A stretch of DNA of 64,000 bases from Phoronis australis (Eukaryota > Animalia > Phoronida). Shown here one piece after another: positions 1 through 12,500 of this stretch. The position numbers and the translations under genes were made by a program. Position 1 is the first letter of the stretch; every line of letters starts with the position of its first letter. Below the pieces are notes generated by a model. The model did no database searches, was not told where the DNA came from, and worked only from the letters and a program-made list of their open reading frames with translations. The stretch is from the NCBI GenBank assembly GCA_002633005.1, contig NMRA01000157.1, positions 282,785 to 346,784 of the forward strand. The letters are read 5' to 3'.

Positions 1-432
1 AATGGCCACTGTATGAGCCAGCTTTGTTGACCCAGGTCATATGGTACTAACTAATCACCATCCATCCTGCATCTCTGAAGCTTTTCTGCAAATTATGCTG
101 CACCCTGTCTAAACTTAGAAAGCGATGCTACTATGTGTATCTTTGATTTCAGTTTGAGACAGACTGGGTGTTCACTGCTTATCTGCCTCTTTTTCAATGA
201 GATTCAAAACGAAAATTCATTTAATGTTACCCCACTCACTGAAACTAGATTGAAAGTTCAAAACACTGTGGCTAGTGAAGTGGAAGACTTGTTGCTATGA
301 TTACAGTGTTTCAGTTTGCGTATTTGCATTCCTATTGCCCAAATTCGATCTCTGTTGTCATCAGTTTTTTTCTTTGACAACATTTGCCCCATTTGTAATA
401 TTTGATGTCCGCTTGCACTTAATTCCTGCAGG

Positions 433-594
433 ATGTCGGATGACGAGAATTTTGAAGAGCAGCTACGGCAGGAAGCGTTAGCCAAGGTCAAGGACGAGGA
501 AAAGGCAGTGGAAAGACAGCTAGGTGAATTATACACAGACAAAGATGGGACGGAATATGAATGGGATGCCGTGAAGAAGGCATGGTTCCCTAAG
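433..594 (+). CDS. HTATSF1: HTATSF1 coding exon 1
   Basis: Acceptor cctgcag precedes ATG 433, so a 5' UTR exon lies further upstream. MSDDENFEEQL...AWFPK; donor GT at 595. Confidence 0.93.
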
Positions 595-3500
595 GTGGGT
601 GGTAAGCTGCGTATAATGCAGCTGTAGAAGGACGTGTGACTGCATGTTTTTTCATGTAGTTAACAGTCTCCTAGTCATAGTGTAAAAATGGCCTGTTGTC
701 GCCTTCTGAGTGTAACACAACTGTGTATAAACTGGCCAGTTGTGGTCAATGTTAGATATCATAAAACAGAAGCTGCAATAACTATTTGCAATAAAGTTAA
801 ACGTTTTAATAACAGCAGTTGAACCACGTTACTACAGTTAACGTGGTTTATAAGGTTTGCTCACGTATGAATGTTCTTATTTTAAGCCTACGGTACTGTG
901 GTACTGTAATATACTTACTTTAGTTTCATCAAATGTTTTAGAAAGGTCTCAAAAGGGTTCGTTGTAGCGCGCTTCGATTATATCTGAATACTAAAGCAGT
1001 GCTCGACGCTTAACTTGACGCCAATTCGCCAAATGTGAGTTGGCGAAAATCCCAGGTTGCCAAATGAAATTTGTGGTCGCCAAAACTGACGACGAAATCG
1101 TTGACTAAAAATAAAAAAGGTCAGGCCACACTTTGTTCTCAGAAAATTACACAAACCTCATTTCTTTCTGCAAAAAATATGCGCATTCAATCTCTTACTC
1201 AATTCCTGCAGCCAACAAAGAACACTGACAATTGCATACACTGTAGGCGCGTTTCATCGTCCGATTTTTGCCGAATAATTCTGACTTCCTGTAATTTAAG
1301 CGAGTTTGATGTGTGGTGACTGCTGAGGGTGGCAAGTGCATTAATTTCATGAAATAAATGGAACAATTGTTAACCAAAGGTTTTAAATCTAGGAAAACTG
1401 TAAGAAAAATTACTTAAATTTTGAAAGTTACCATGAACTTTGAAAGGAATTTTGGGGGGATTATTGTCTGACTTCGATACTTGCTAGGTGGTGACTTCGT
1501 GGCGACTCCGAATTTTTCCCAGGTCGTCGAACACAATCTGAAGTCACATTGGCGACCTGGAGGTCACCTAATCGGACAATGTAAAGGAATTGTGTGGATT
1601 TAGCGTGTTAAATTGCATATGTTTGAGTAGTTATTACAAAACAGAAAGAAGTTAGGTAAAACTAGTAATTGTAGCATATACTGAATACCGGTAGAACTAT
1701 TACAGTAATTTCTTATTGAAAGTAATATATAGTCATTAAAATATAGTTGGCAAATTTTATTATTAGAGTGAGTTTTTAATACAGCTTGCTGTCTTAGACT
1801 AGTGGATTTTATTACTTGAAACTTATTTGCAGCCATGTATAGCTAAATAAATGTATTCCACGTTCTAACTTTTCAGATTGATGATGATTTCATAGCGAAA
1901 TACCAGATGTCGTACGGCGTCGACTCGGAGACATCTAGCACAACACCTGGAGAGAGTGAAAATAAAAACACAACAACAAAGCAATATAAGGACAAAGACT
2001 ATGAAGAATATTGTAAACAATATTACGACTATTACTATAGTCAAAATCAAGGTCAGAACAGTGGTCAACATTCTGTGGACTCTACTGACCCTAATTATGA
2101 CTATTACTCGTATTACGGCTATGACATGAGTGAGTATTACGGACCTCAAGACGAGGATGTTGCCTCAACAGAGGGCACTGCTGAGGCAGAAGATGAGAAC
2201 ACCGATAACAAAGTGAAGAAGAAAGGAGAGAAGCGAAAAGAACCCCCAAGTGAGTTCATTTCAACAGTTGCATTGCAGTTGTTCAATATAAGCCACATCC
2301 TGAAATTCTACAACGCCATTCAAATTCGGCGATAATTGCCCACAATGCCTTACATCCGGACTGCAGTTTCCGCACTATTATTCACTGGTGCCGTGTTAAT
2401 GACTATAATTTTAAATGAAAATTAGTTTGCTATTTTAGTGTCGACAATGAATTACTAGTTGCACTGTGAGTTACAGAGCTGTCATAAAAATTTTAGACAG
2501 GCTGAGTGGGGAACAATTTGTTGTTCATTTCTTCTAGAACTCCGTTCAAAGAGTGCTAACCTTTCGAAAACTCCGTCGATCGTATATTGTGGAGCGGCAA
2601 CTGGGGAGGGTTTATTTTGCAATATGAATTGTGACTAGTGGCCTAATGGAAGTGGGAGCTGTAAAATTTGTATCATTATAAATTGGTTGTTGCATTAAAC
2701 CTGTAACTGGATAACATCAGAACTCTATCTCTCTCTTTCTCTGTCTAGTTGGATTCGACTTGCTGCTAGTTTTCCACATTTGCCTTTTCCTCTAAGATTG
2801 CTATGTGCTTATGGACTTATTCGTGGTGTTTTAGAAGTTAGTATACAATAGGTGGCGCTAATACATCTAGGCTGGCCTTATCATTATTTGATATATTGCT
2901 AAGTGAAAGATATTTTCCCCCTGCAGTGACATTCATGGGATAGGCGACTATATAAAAATGCCGTGTGGGATCATTGGTTCACTCAGCCACGTGGTGAACT
3001 TTGACCTTCTGACTGAGTGTTGTTACTGGGTGATTCATGTTTCATTACACTGTTGTTCACTCAAGACTATCTTACACATACTTTTTCAGTGACTTTCAAA
3101 CCCAACAGGCATATTTTGGAGATGTTGTTGTCATTGAACTACAGTTGATCACCTTGAGTTGTTTGCCAATAGATATGAACACTTTCGTTCTGATATTACT
3201 GTTATTCGAAACAGAATTAGATCACCTTATTTGTATTCCATGATTTCTCAACTGTCATTCACTACACGCATCTCCATGAATTCATGATTATGCTTGAAAA
3301 TGAGGTGTTGTGTCCAAATTACAGTCGTAGTTCTGCCTGTTTGGAACACGCCCACTTTCACATTTGCATTGTTAAAATTAAATAAAATGCTAAAACGATA
3401 CGTTGTGTCCTAAACAAAAATGCGCAGCAATCATTTTTGCAGCGCCATCAAGAGGTGCAAGTAGTGAATTATAACGGTTGTTGTCATCTGATTTGATGTG

Positions 3501-6500
3501 TTTTTGTTCATACTTCAGCCTGGTTTGAAGCAGAACCCGATCACCTGCCCAATGTTTACGTCAGTGGTTTGCCAACCGATATCACGGAGCAAGAGTTCAT
3601 AGATCTCATGAGTAAATGCGGCCTTATAATACACGATCACGAAAAGAGGAAGCCCAAGGTGAAACTGTATCGCACACCAGATGGCGCAATGAAGGGCGAT
3701 GGGCTCTGTTGTTATATAAAGGTGAGCGTTTACTCACATTGTTACGATTTTGTAGATTTCTCCGATGCTTTCTACATTGTTCTTTCATGTGAATTATTAT
3801 TTCACCAATGATATCTATGCTTTAAACATGTCATCAATGACAGATATTGTTTAAAATGTTGTTATGGTTATGTCACACCTTACTGACAAGTCTACATGTA
3901 TATTTAGCCAAGTATGTACAAACCTAGATTTTAACTCCCCAAAAGCAGATATTTTCTGATATCAGAAAACCTGTAGAATTTGACTTACGGTCCTTAATTC
4001 CAGCAAAATAATTTTTTCTTACTTTACAATTCTGGGCTTATCCATAAGGCATTTCAATTCAGTTTTAAACAACCTCCAAGAGTTTAAGATATTTATTCAG
4101 AAAGATCTCTTTTACAGTAGAGTTTCGGTGTGCATTTGGTTTTCCCTGTCAGAACCCTGTGTTGTCATTTTAATTTCGTCTGTTGTTTTTTAGCCAGAAT
4201 CTGTGGAGTTGGCTCTTCAGATTCTTCATGAGAGCGAGTTCAAGGGGCATACCATACACGTTGAGCGAGCTAAGTTTGAGCTGAAGGGGGCATTTGACCC
4301 CTCCAAGAGGAAAAAAAAGTTGTCTAACAAACAGAAACGGAAACTAAAAGAAAGACAAGAAAAGTAAGCTGGATTGTACTGCTCAAGATTGCGTTGCTGT
4401 TTTTCAGCTCCTGAACAAGGCTTTTTGTGACGGCGTTTTCTCACTGTGTGACTGTCTCTATTTGGCCTGATTAACCTCAGTTTTCACATCATTTAGAAAA
4501 TATTTGTCAATGTCACATGTTGCTTGGCCTACAGGATAGTCAATGCTGATGTTTGCAAAAATTTTGCTTTGGTCATCGTATGTGGAACAAAATCAATATG
4601 TGCCACAGATTTTTTTGTTGGTTGTCACCAGAACTTAACTACTTTGTTCTTAGTGTCCTTCCCCTTAGTCAATATACTCAGACATTGTTAAAAATGCCTG
4701 TTAAGTATACTACAAAGCTGAGCAAAGTTTTTTTTCAACAGGGTACACTCCGTTGTTTGGAGAATCTTCTGCTTTTGTAGTAAACATGTTTTGAATTACC
4801 ATATTGGGTGTCAGTGCCTCCAGTCTCATGGAAACTAGTTATTATACCACATTCATTTTTCAGATTATTCAGTTGGACTCCTGAAAAGAAGGAGTTTAGT
4901 CGAGGCAAGAATGAAAAGGTTGTGATACTGCAGCATGTGTTTGATCCTAAAGAGTTTGAGGTGAGTGCAATTTTTCGACACCAGTAGCATGCTCAATATG
5001 GCTGGCACTCGCGAGCTCCCCCCAGGCACTCACTTCTGAACAACTTTTAGCAAGCAAGCACCCACAAGTATAGACGATCACTCGCGATGACTCTTGATAG
5101 GTTGTTGGCTTAGAAAGCTAAGATGGCATTTGGTATGTCCTTTGAGTTTCGAGGCGATTTACAACGAGAATGATTCTGGGCAGTTGTCGTTAAAAATTAA
5201 AGAAGCATGCATGAAGAGACTGTCGGTCATAATTGAAGAAAAATTTGGCGCAGAAATAAGTATTAATTTAATTTGCGTAAGTAAATTTAATTTGCGCAAG
5301 CTTGCTTTATATTAGTTATGGGATCCTTTCTATGTCTTCTGAAGCGAGCGCATGCTGTCGTTCAATGTTAAGCTCTTACCTGCCCCCTTTGCAGGTTTCT
5401 CACAACTAGAATGTCATTCATCCGCTATGGCTAACATACTTATTTTAAATGTATATGGAATTAAAATGATTGCACCTACTTGTTCTAAAATTTGTGTGAC
5501 ACTGAATTTTAAACTTAACAATATTATTGTAAATTGCATTTTGCTTTCATAACAAACGTCAAAGTTAGAATCTAATAAATACTCTTTGAAGTTCTAACAT
5601 TAAAACTTATCAAATGTTTATAAATAACAGCCAGCAGGACTTCCCTGCACGTGAGAACTGAATTTACTTTGAGACAAAACAGCTAGTCAGTCTCACGGCA
5701 TGGTTTCTTGAGTTGGGGTTCGTCTCCATTTGAATGAACTAAGTCTTGTATATGGAATTCGCCCCGAAGATGGGTTCGTTTGAGGTGTTGTTTGCACGTT
5801 CTTCAGACTGGGAGTACGTACAGTTGCGTCACCCAATTTGTCAATCATAACCTTGTCACCTTCATGGAATTCCAGCATTGCTTGGTTGTTGGTATTAGTG
5901 TTTTACAGACTGTAAAATGTAAGGCGAAATATCAAAAAATTAAAATATCAAAAAAATAATACGTGCTCGGTGTTATTAACAGTCATGTTGTAATGCATTC
6001 TGGTTCATTTGAGAAGTCTCGATAGCTTGCTGGACTAGGGAAGTGGCTATTTTCTGGTGTCCCTAAGGGTCTCCGAATAGCGGATTTGCAGCGCAGACGA
6101 ACTACGCATTGCGCATGTGCGAGTTACTTCCTTCGCGAAGGCTCATGGGATAGCTTGTGGTCAGGCATGTCTTGAGCAGGCTGGATAGTGTGTGCATTTG
6201 GAGTGATTTGCAAACTAAAAACCATGTTTCATTTTTTGCTTTATAATACCAAGCAAGTCCTCTCTCTCGTTTGTAAACACAGCGTAGCTATGATCAGTGA
6301 CCGTGTGACCGAGAGCACGACTGTCGCCGTGTTCAGTATTGGGGTTATCGGCGTTGATTTCGAAATCTCCTCCTATTTCAGACAAGTTGAGAGTTCTTGG
6401 GTTGCTTAACNTTTGCTTTGGTCATCGTATGTGGAACAAAATTAATATGTGCCACAGATGTTTTTGTTGGTTGTCACCAGAACTTAACTACTTTGTTCTT

Positions 6501-9500
6501 AGTGTACTTCCCCTTAGTCAATATACTCAGACGTTAAAAATGCCTGTTAAGTATACTACAAAGCTGAGCAAAGTTTCTTTTCAACAGGGTACACTCCGTC
6601 GTTTGGAGAATCTTCTGCTTTTGTAGTAAACATGTTTTGAATTACCATAGTGGGTGTCAGTGCCTCCAGTCTCATGGAAACTAGTTATTATACCACATTC
6701 ATTTTTCAGATTATTCAGTTGGACTCCTGAAAAGAAGGAGTTTAGTCGAGGCAAGAATGAAAAGGTTGTGATATTGCAGCATGTGTTTGATCCGAAAGAG
6801 TTTGAGGTGAGTGCAATTTTTCGACACCAGTAGCATGCTCAATATGGCAGGCACTCGCGAGCTCCCCCCAGGCACTCACTTCTGAACAACTTTTAGAAAG
6901 CAAGCACCCGCAAGTATAGACGATCACTCGCGATGACTCTTGATAGGTTGTTGGCTTAGAAAGCTAAGATGGCATTTGGTATGTCCTTAGAGTTTAGAGG
7001 CGATTAACAACGAGAATGATTCTAGGCAGTTGTCGTTGGAAATTAAAGAAGCATGCATGAAGAGACTGTCGGTCGTAATTGAAAAAAAATTTGGCGCAGA
7101 AATAAGTATTAATTTAATTTGCGTAAGTAAATTTAATTTGCGCAAGCTTGCTTTATATTAGTTATGGGATCCTTTCTATGTCTTCTGAAGCGAGTGCATG
7201 CTGTCGTTCAATGTTAAGCTCTTACCTGCCCCCTTTGCAGGTTTCTCACAACTAGAATGTCATTCATCCGCTATGGCTAACATACTTATTTTAAATGTAT
7301 ATGAAATTAAAATGATTGCACCTACTTGTTCTAAAATTTGTGTGACACTGAATTTTAAACTTAACAATATTATTGTAAATTGCATTTTGCTTTCATAACA
7401 AACGTCAAAGTTAGAATCTAATAAATACTCTTTGAAGTTCTAACATTAAAACTTATCAAATGTTTATAAATAACAGCCAGCACGACTTCCCTGCACGTGA
7501 GAACTGAATTTACTTTGAGACAAAACAGCTAGTCAGTCTCACGGCATGGTTTCTTGAGTTGGGGTTCGTCTCCATTTGAATGAACTAAGTCTTGTATATG
7601 GAATTCGCCCCGAAGATGGGTTCGTTTGAGGTGTTGTTTGCACGTTCTTCAGACTGGGAGTACGTACAGTTGCGTCACCCAATTTGTCAATCATAACCTT
7701 GTCACCTTCATGGAATTCCAGCATTGCTTGGTTGTTGGTATTAGTGTTTTACAGACTGTAAAATGTAAGGCGAAATATCAAAAAATTAAAATATCAAAAA
7801 AATAATACGTGCTCGGTGTTATTAACAGTCATGTTGTAATGCATTCTGGTTCATTTGAGAAGTCTCGATAGCTTGCTGGACTAGGGAAGTGGCTATTTTC
7901 TGGTGTCCCTAAGGGTCCCCGAATTGTAAACAGTGGAAATCAATCCAGCACTGCAAAAGGGGTTACATAACAGGAAACAGAAAAGTATTACCAAGCCCCT
8001 GAACATGATCATTTGTCCACTTGGAACAGGTCTGGTGATTGACACAATGGTCAACAGGTCAGCTGGATAGTGGTTATGCATTTCATTCATAAACTGATCA
8101 GTCTGGGCCTGCTGGTCACTGTTAATCATTCCTCAACTGCCTGCTGTCATTGCTACTGACAGATGTCTATGGAATGCAGTCATGTGTTCATTTGCTTAAT
8201 ATGGCATGCAGAGGTATTCTTGTCTGGGGATACTTTTTGCATTGTAGTATCCACCGATTGGGATATCTTACCTGCCATTTATATATATAACAAATTGAAA
8301 TTAATTGGTAATATTACTCTCTTAAGAGTTTTATTTACATTCTGTCTTCATATTTTTCGGTTTTTCAATGTATTCTATTATTACGTTAGGCAATAGTTGG
8401 ATATACCATGCCCGTATTTTGAGAAGCAGTTGGATGCCCGATATTCAGTGGAGAAAACTATATTTTAGGAAGTAAAAAAATCAGTGTGAAATAAAATATA
8501 TGCTCAAATTTAGCATAACGGCCTACTCTTTATTACCTGCAATTTTCACCGTTTGAGATTTTAAGCTTATCTGGCCAGCATCCACTGCTGTATTTCCAAA
8601 ACCTCCTCATTTTTTGTGTTGGTTGGGACGGCATTAGCGAATTTTCGATCCAAAAACTTCTGTGCCCCCTTGTGATAACTTTAGCGTTTTATATTTCCTT
8701 CTGTCTCTTCAGAATTCCTTGATGGATTTTCATGAAGTTTGGCAAATAAGTATCTATTAAGAAGACACCATCGCCTTACTTCATTTTTTGAGTGGATTTG
8801 ACCTATTTTGTGCGACCTAGTGGCCAGTTTTACTGTTTCTGATTTTTTACATCGGCCTCTCTATCGACTCATAATGAAAATTCATGGTTATGTGGTTCTA
8901 CAGGTAAGAGCACAGGTGACAATGAATTTCGTATGAATCCAATTAATATGGTGGTCCCTAGTGGCAGTTTTGTTTTTTGCATCTGAGGTTTATGTGCTAA
9001 ACCTTTTGCAGGAATTTTGTTAAATTTGACAAATCTATTTCTAAGGACATGACTAACGTTGGCGACGACTCTTGGACAGATCTGATTGCCGGTGTGCCCC
9101 TTAGTGTCAATTTTAGTTTCCACGTTTTCTTCTTTTCTGTATCTTCTTTTAGTTCCTTGATAGGTTTTCATGAAATTTGGGCAAATATGTTTTGTGTTAA
9201 AGGGGCCATGACATCTTTCTCTTTTCAAATGAATTTGATGTAACGTACACCACCTAGTAGCCATTTTTATTATTTACGATTTTTTTAAATGGTTTCGAAA
9301 ACTCTAGCTCCCCCTAGTGGCATATCTTTTCATTCTTAGTGGTTTCTCCTAAACCCTTGCAGGACTATGGTTGTGCCCCTTGAAGAAATTTTTATTTTTA
9401 CGTTTCCCTCTGTATCTTCATACCAGGGTTTTCCGTAGATAAGCCCCTGGGCGTGTATTCGGAAAGTGAAAATTTTCAGGCATTTTAGTAACACCAATAA

Positions 9501-12500
9501 ACGCCCGGGCGTTTATTTGGAAAAGGGGTGTGTGTAAACGGAAAGTCATAATTTTGGCTACGTAAATACCAGCATGATGCCCGATGTGTATTTTTGTAAG
9601 TGAAACAGCCCTTCTTAGTGGATTGGTAGTCCTTAAATGGACTGTTGATACCTGTTAACAATGTTAAGTGTGTAGCAGTGACTTATCAATTTTTGCAATA
9701 TATTCCCAGCGCATGGGCGGCGCACCATAGGGGGCTGAGAGCCTATAGCCCATACTTTTTTCAATGCTAAACCACACATTGTCTGTAGTCGGTGCATCAG
9801 AGGAGGCTTTAGCCCCCCACTTTTTTCAGTGCTGCGCCGCCCATGCAGCGGGACAAGAAAATTAATGTGCGTGACACTTCTAGACCTTCTTGTGGCAAAG
9901 TTGAAAGCACCCAAGGACGCTTAGCAGGAAATCTTTGAACTTCGGCTTGAATACTTCCACCACGTATTGTGAAATATAACAAATTCAAGCGTGTGGAATT
10001 TCGGGGTCTAAAGGAGCTCAACACACGTTGCCACCAAGCTTATTTTGATGACTGTCTTCATGCGACTAGCTGTCCGGTTACGTCATAACCTGCAGTATCA
10101 CACAAAGACATTGATAATTACATTTTATCCAGCGGTCACAGTCAGTCTGCAGCGGTCCTGTTTTGTGGTGGAGCGGTGATGTTTTTAAGTGCGTCTGTCC
10201 CATTTTTGGTGCAGCGGTCTCATTCGATTCCGTAGATCCTGTTTTGTGGTGAGTTGGTTTCGATTTGGAGGACCGGCGTCATGTTTGGGTCTGTCGGTCA
10301 TGTGGTTTCTCACCCGTGTATCTGTATTGACTTGAACGAAACGGCGAGAAAGAATACACCCCCAAAAGGATATCGCAGCCCCCTCATCTTACGAGAAATT
10401 CCTGGAATTTGTATCTTCAGCCATGTGGAAAATCCCGCAAGACATCATTATCAAAGCATTCGAATGTTGTGACATTTAGCTGCTGATGGGCAAATGGTCT
10501 CTACCGTATTATTTGACCCCGAATTCGCAGACACATGGGATACAACGCGGGTATCTAAGGGATGGACGGCAAGTTGGGAGATCCCTTCAGCGACTCGGAG
10601 GTGGAAAGACATTCGGAGGAGGAGTTGGATAAAAACATTGACATGGTCTGAATATAAGTAGATTAAGATGTTTTCTGGCTGATTTTTTATTTATAACTGT
10701 TTTTAAAAATTTTATAGTAATAAATGCATAGTTCGGCAATACTTCATTTGTTTTTATAATTGATAAATGCTCCACAAAACTGACTGTTACTAAAAGTTGA
10801 CGCTAAGTGGGCTTTTAAAAGGAAATTTTCCAATTAAACGCACCACTATCTGGACACTTGACACGAGAAGTTGCAACACCAAATAAATGCCCATGGGAAA
10901 CCCCGGTAATTCCTTGATGGATTTTCATGAAATTTTGGAGTAGGTTTCTATTAAAGAGTTGATAACACCTTTCCATTTTTTTTGAAAGATGTGACTTATT
11001 ATACACCACCTAGTGGTGATTTTTATTAATTCGCTTAAGTCTCTGTCGGCCAAGCCACATTATGGATTTTTAGGAAAACGGCATATGCGTTTCTTATGGG
11101 AGTTGCATGACTGACGATGATATTGGGACAGGTCTGACTGTTGTGGCACCCGCAAGTGGAATTTTTGTATTTTTACCTTTGGCTCAATGTCTGTCACGTT
11201 CCTTGAACAGTGGATGGATCTTCTTGAAATTTGTACATTTTTCATCAAAGAAATTAAAACTGGCATGGATTTGGGGACAAACCCGACTACCGCTGAATCC
11301 CTTGGCAGCAATTTTGTCAAGTTCTGTGATGCATTTTTACTACATTTAGCAAATACTGGGTTACGTATTATCACTATATGACTGCACCTGCTTTGTTTCA
11401 AACAGATTTGACCTACATTGCGCCCCCTAGTGGTCTTCTCATTGTTTTTGTGTCTGTTCTTTGTGGTCCGTCTCCTTTATACAAACTNTGAATATAAGTA
11501 GATTAAGAGGTTTTGTGGCTGATTTTATATTTAAAATTGTTTTTAAAAATTTTATAGTAATAAATACATAGTTCAGCAATGTTTCATTCATTTTTATAAT
11601 TGATAAATGCTCCACAAAGTTTACTGTGACTAAAAGTTGACGCTAAGTGGGCTTTTAAAAGGAAATTTTCCGATTAAACGCACCACTATCTGGACACTTG
11701 ACACGAGAAGTTGCAACACCATGGGCGTTTCCGAATAAACGCACATGGGCGTTTCATCAAGTGGGCTTATCTACGGAAAACCCTGGTAATTCCTTGATGG
11801 ATTTTCATGAAATTTTGGAGTAGGTTTCTATTAAAGAGTTGATAACACCTTTCCATTTTTTTGAAAGATGTGATTTATTATACACCACCTAGTGGTGATT
11901 TTTATTAATTCGTTTAAGTCTCTGTCGGCCAAGCCACATTATGGATTTTTAGGAAAACGGCATATGCGTTTCTTATGGGAGTTGCATGACTGATGATGAT
12001 ATTGGGACAGGTCTGACTGTTGTGGCACCCGCAAGTGGAATTTTTGTATTTTTACCTTTGGCTCAATGTCTGTCACGTTCCTTGAACAGTGGATGGATCT
12101 TCTTGAAATTTGTACATTTTTCATCAAAGAAATTAAAACTGGCATGGATTTGGGGACAAACCCGACTACCGCTGAATCCCTTGGCAGCAATTTTGTCAAG
12201 TTCTGTGATGCACTTTTACTACATTTAGCAAATACTGGGTTAGTTATTATCACTATATGACTGCACCTGCTTTGTTTCAAACAGATTTGACCTACATTGC
12301 GCCCCCTAGTGGTCTTCTCATTGTTTTTGTGTCTGTTCTTTGTGGTCCGTCTCCATTATACAAACTGCATGAAGACTCATGATGAAAGTTGGCAGGTGTG
12401 TTCCTATTTAGGAGAGCATTACTGACTTGCTTTTCACCCCCTAGAGGCTATTTTGAGTTTATTGGACATGTTGCTCCACTTCAGTTAGTGGGAATGTTTA

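Larger units (their letters stand above)
4563..7924. repeat. Near-identical direct duplication 4563-6078 / 6412-7924 around N 6411
   Basis: Copies differ by scattered SNPs and small indels; the second starts exactly after the N. Confidence 0.93.

Noticed and set aside
11060-12280. Paired ORFs suggesting a duplicated gene
   Set aside because: They lie in an intronic repeat duplicated around N 11488 and show no recognisable protein features.
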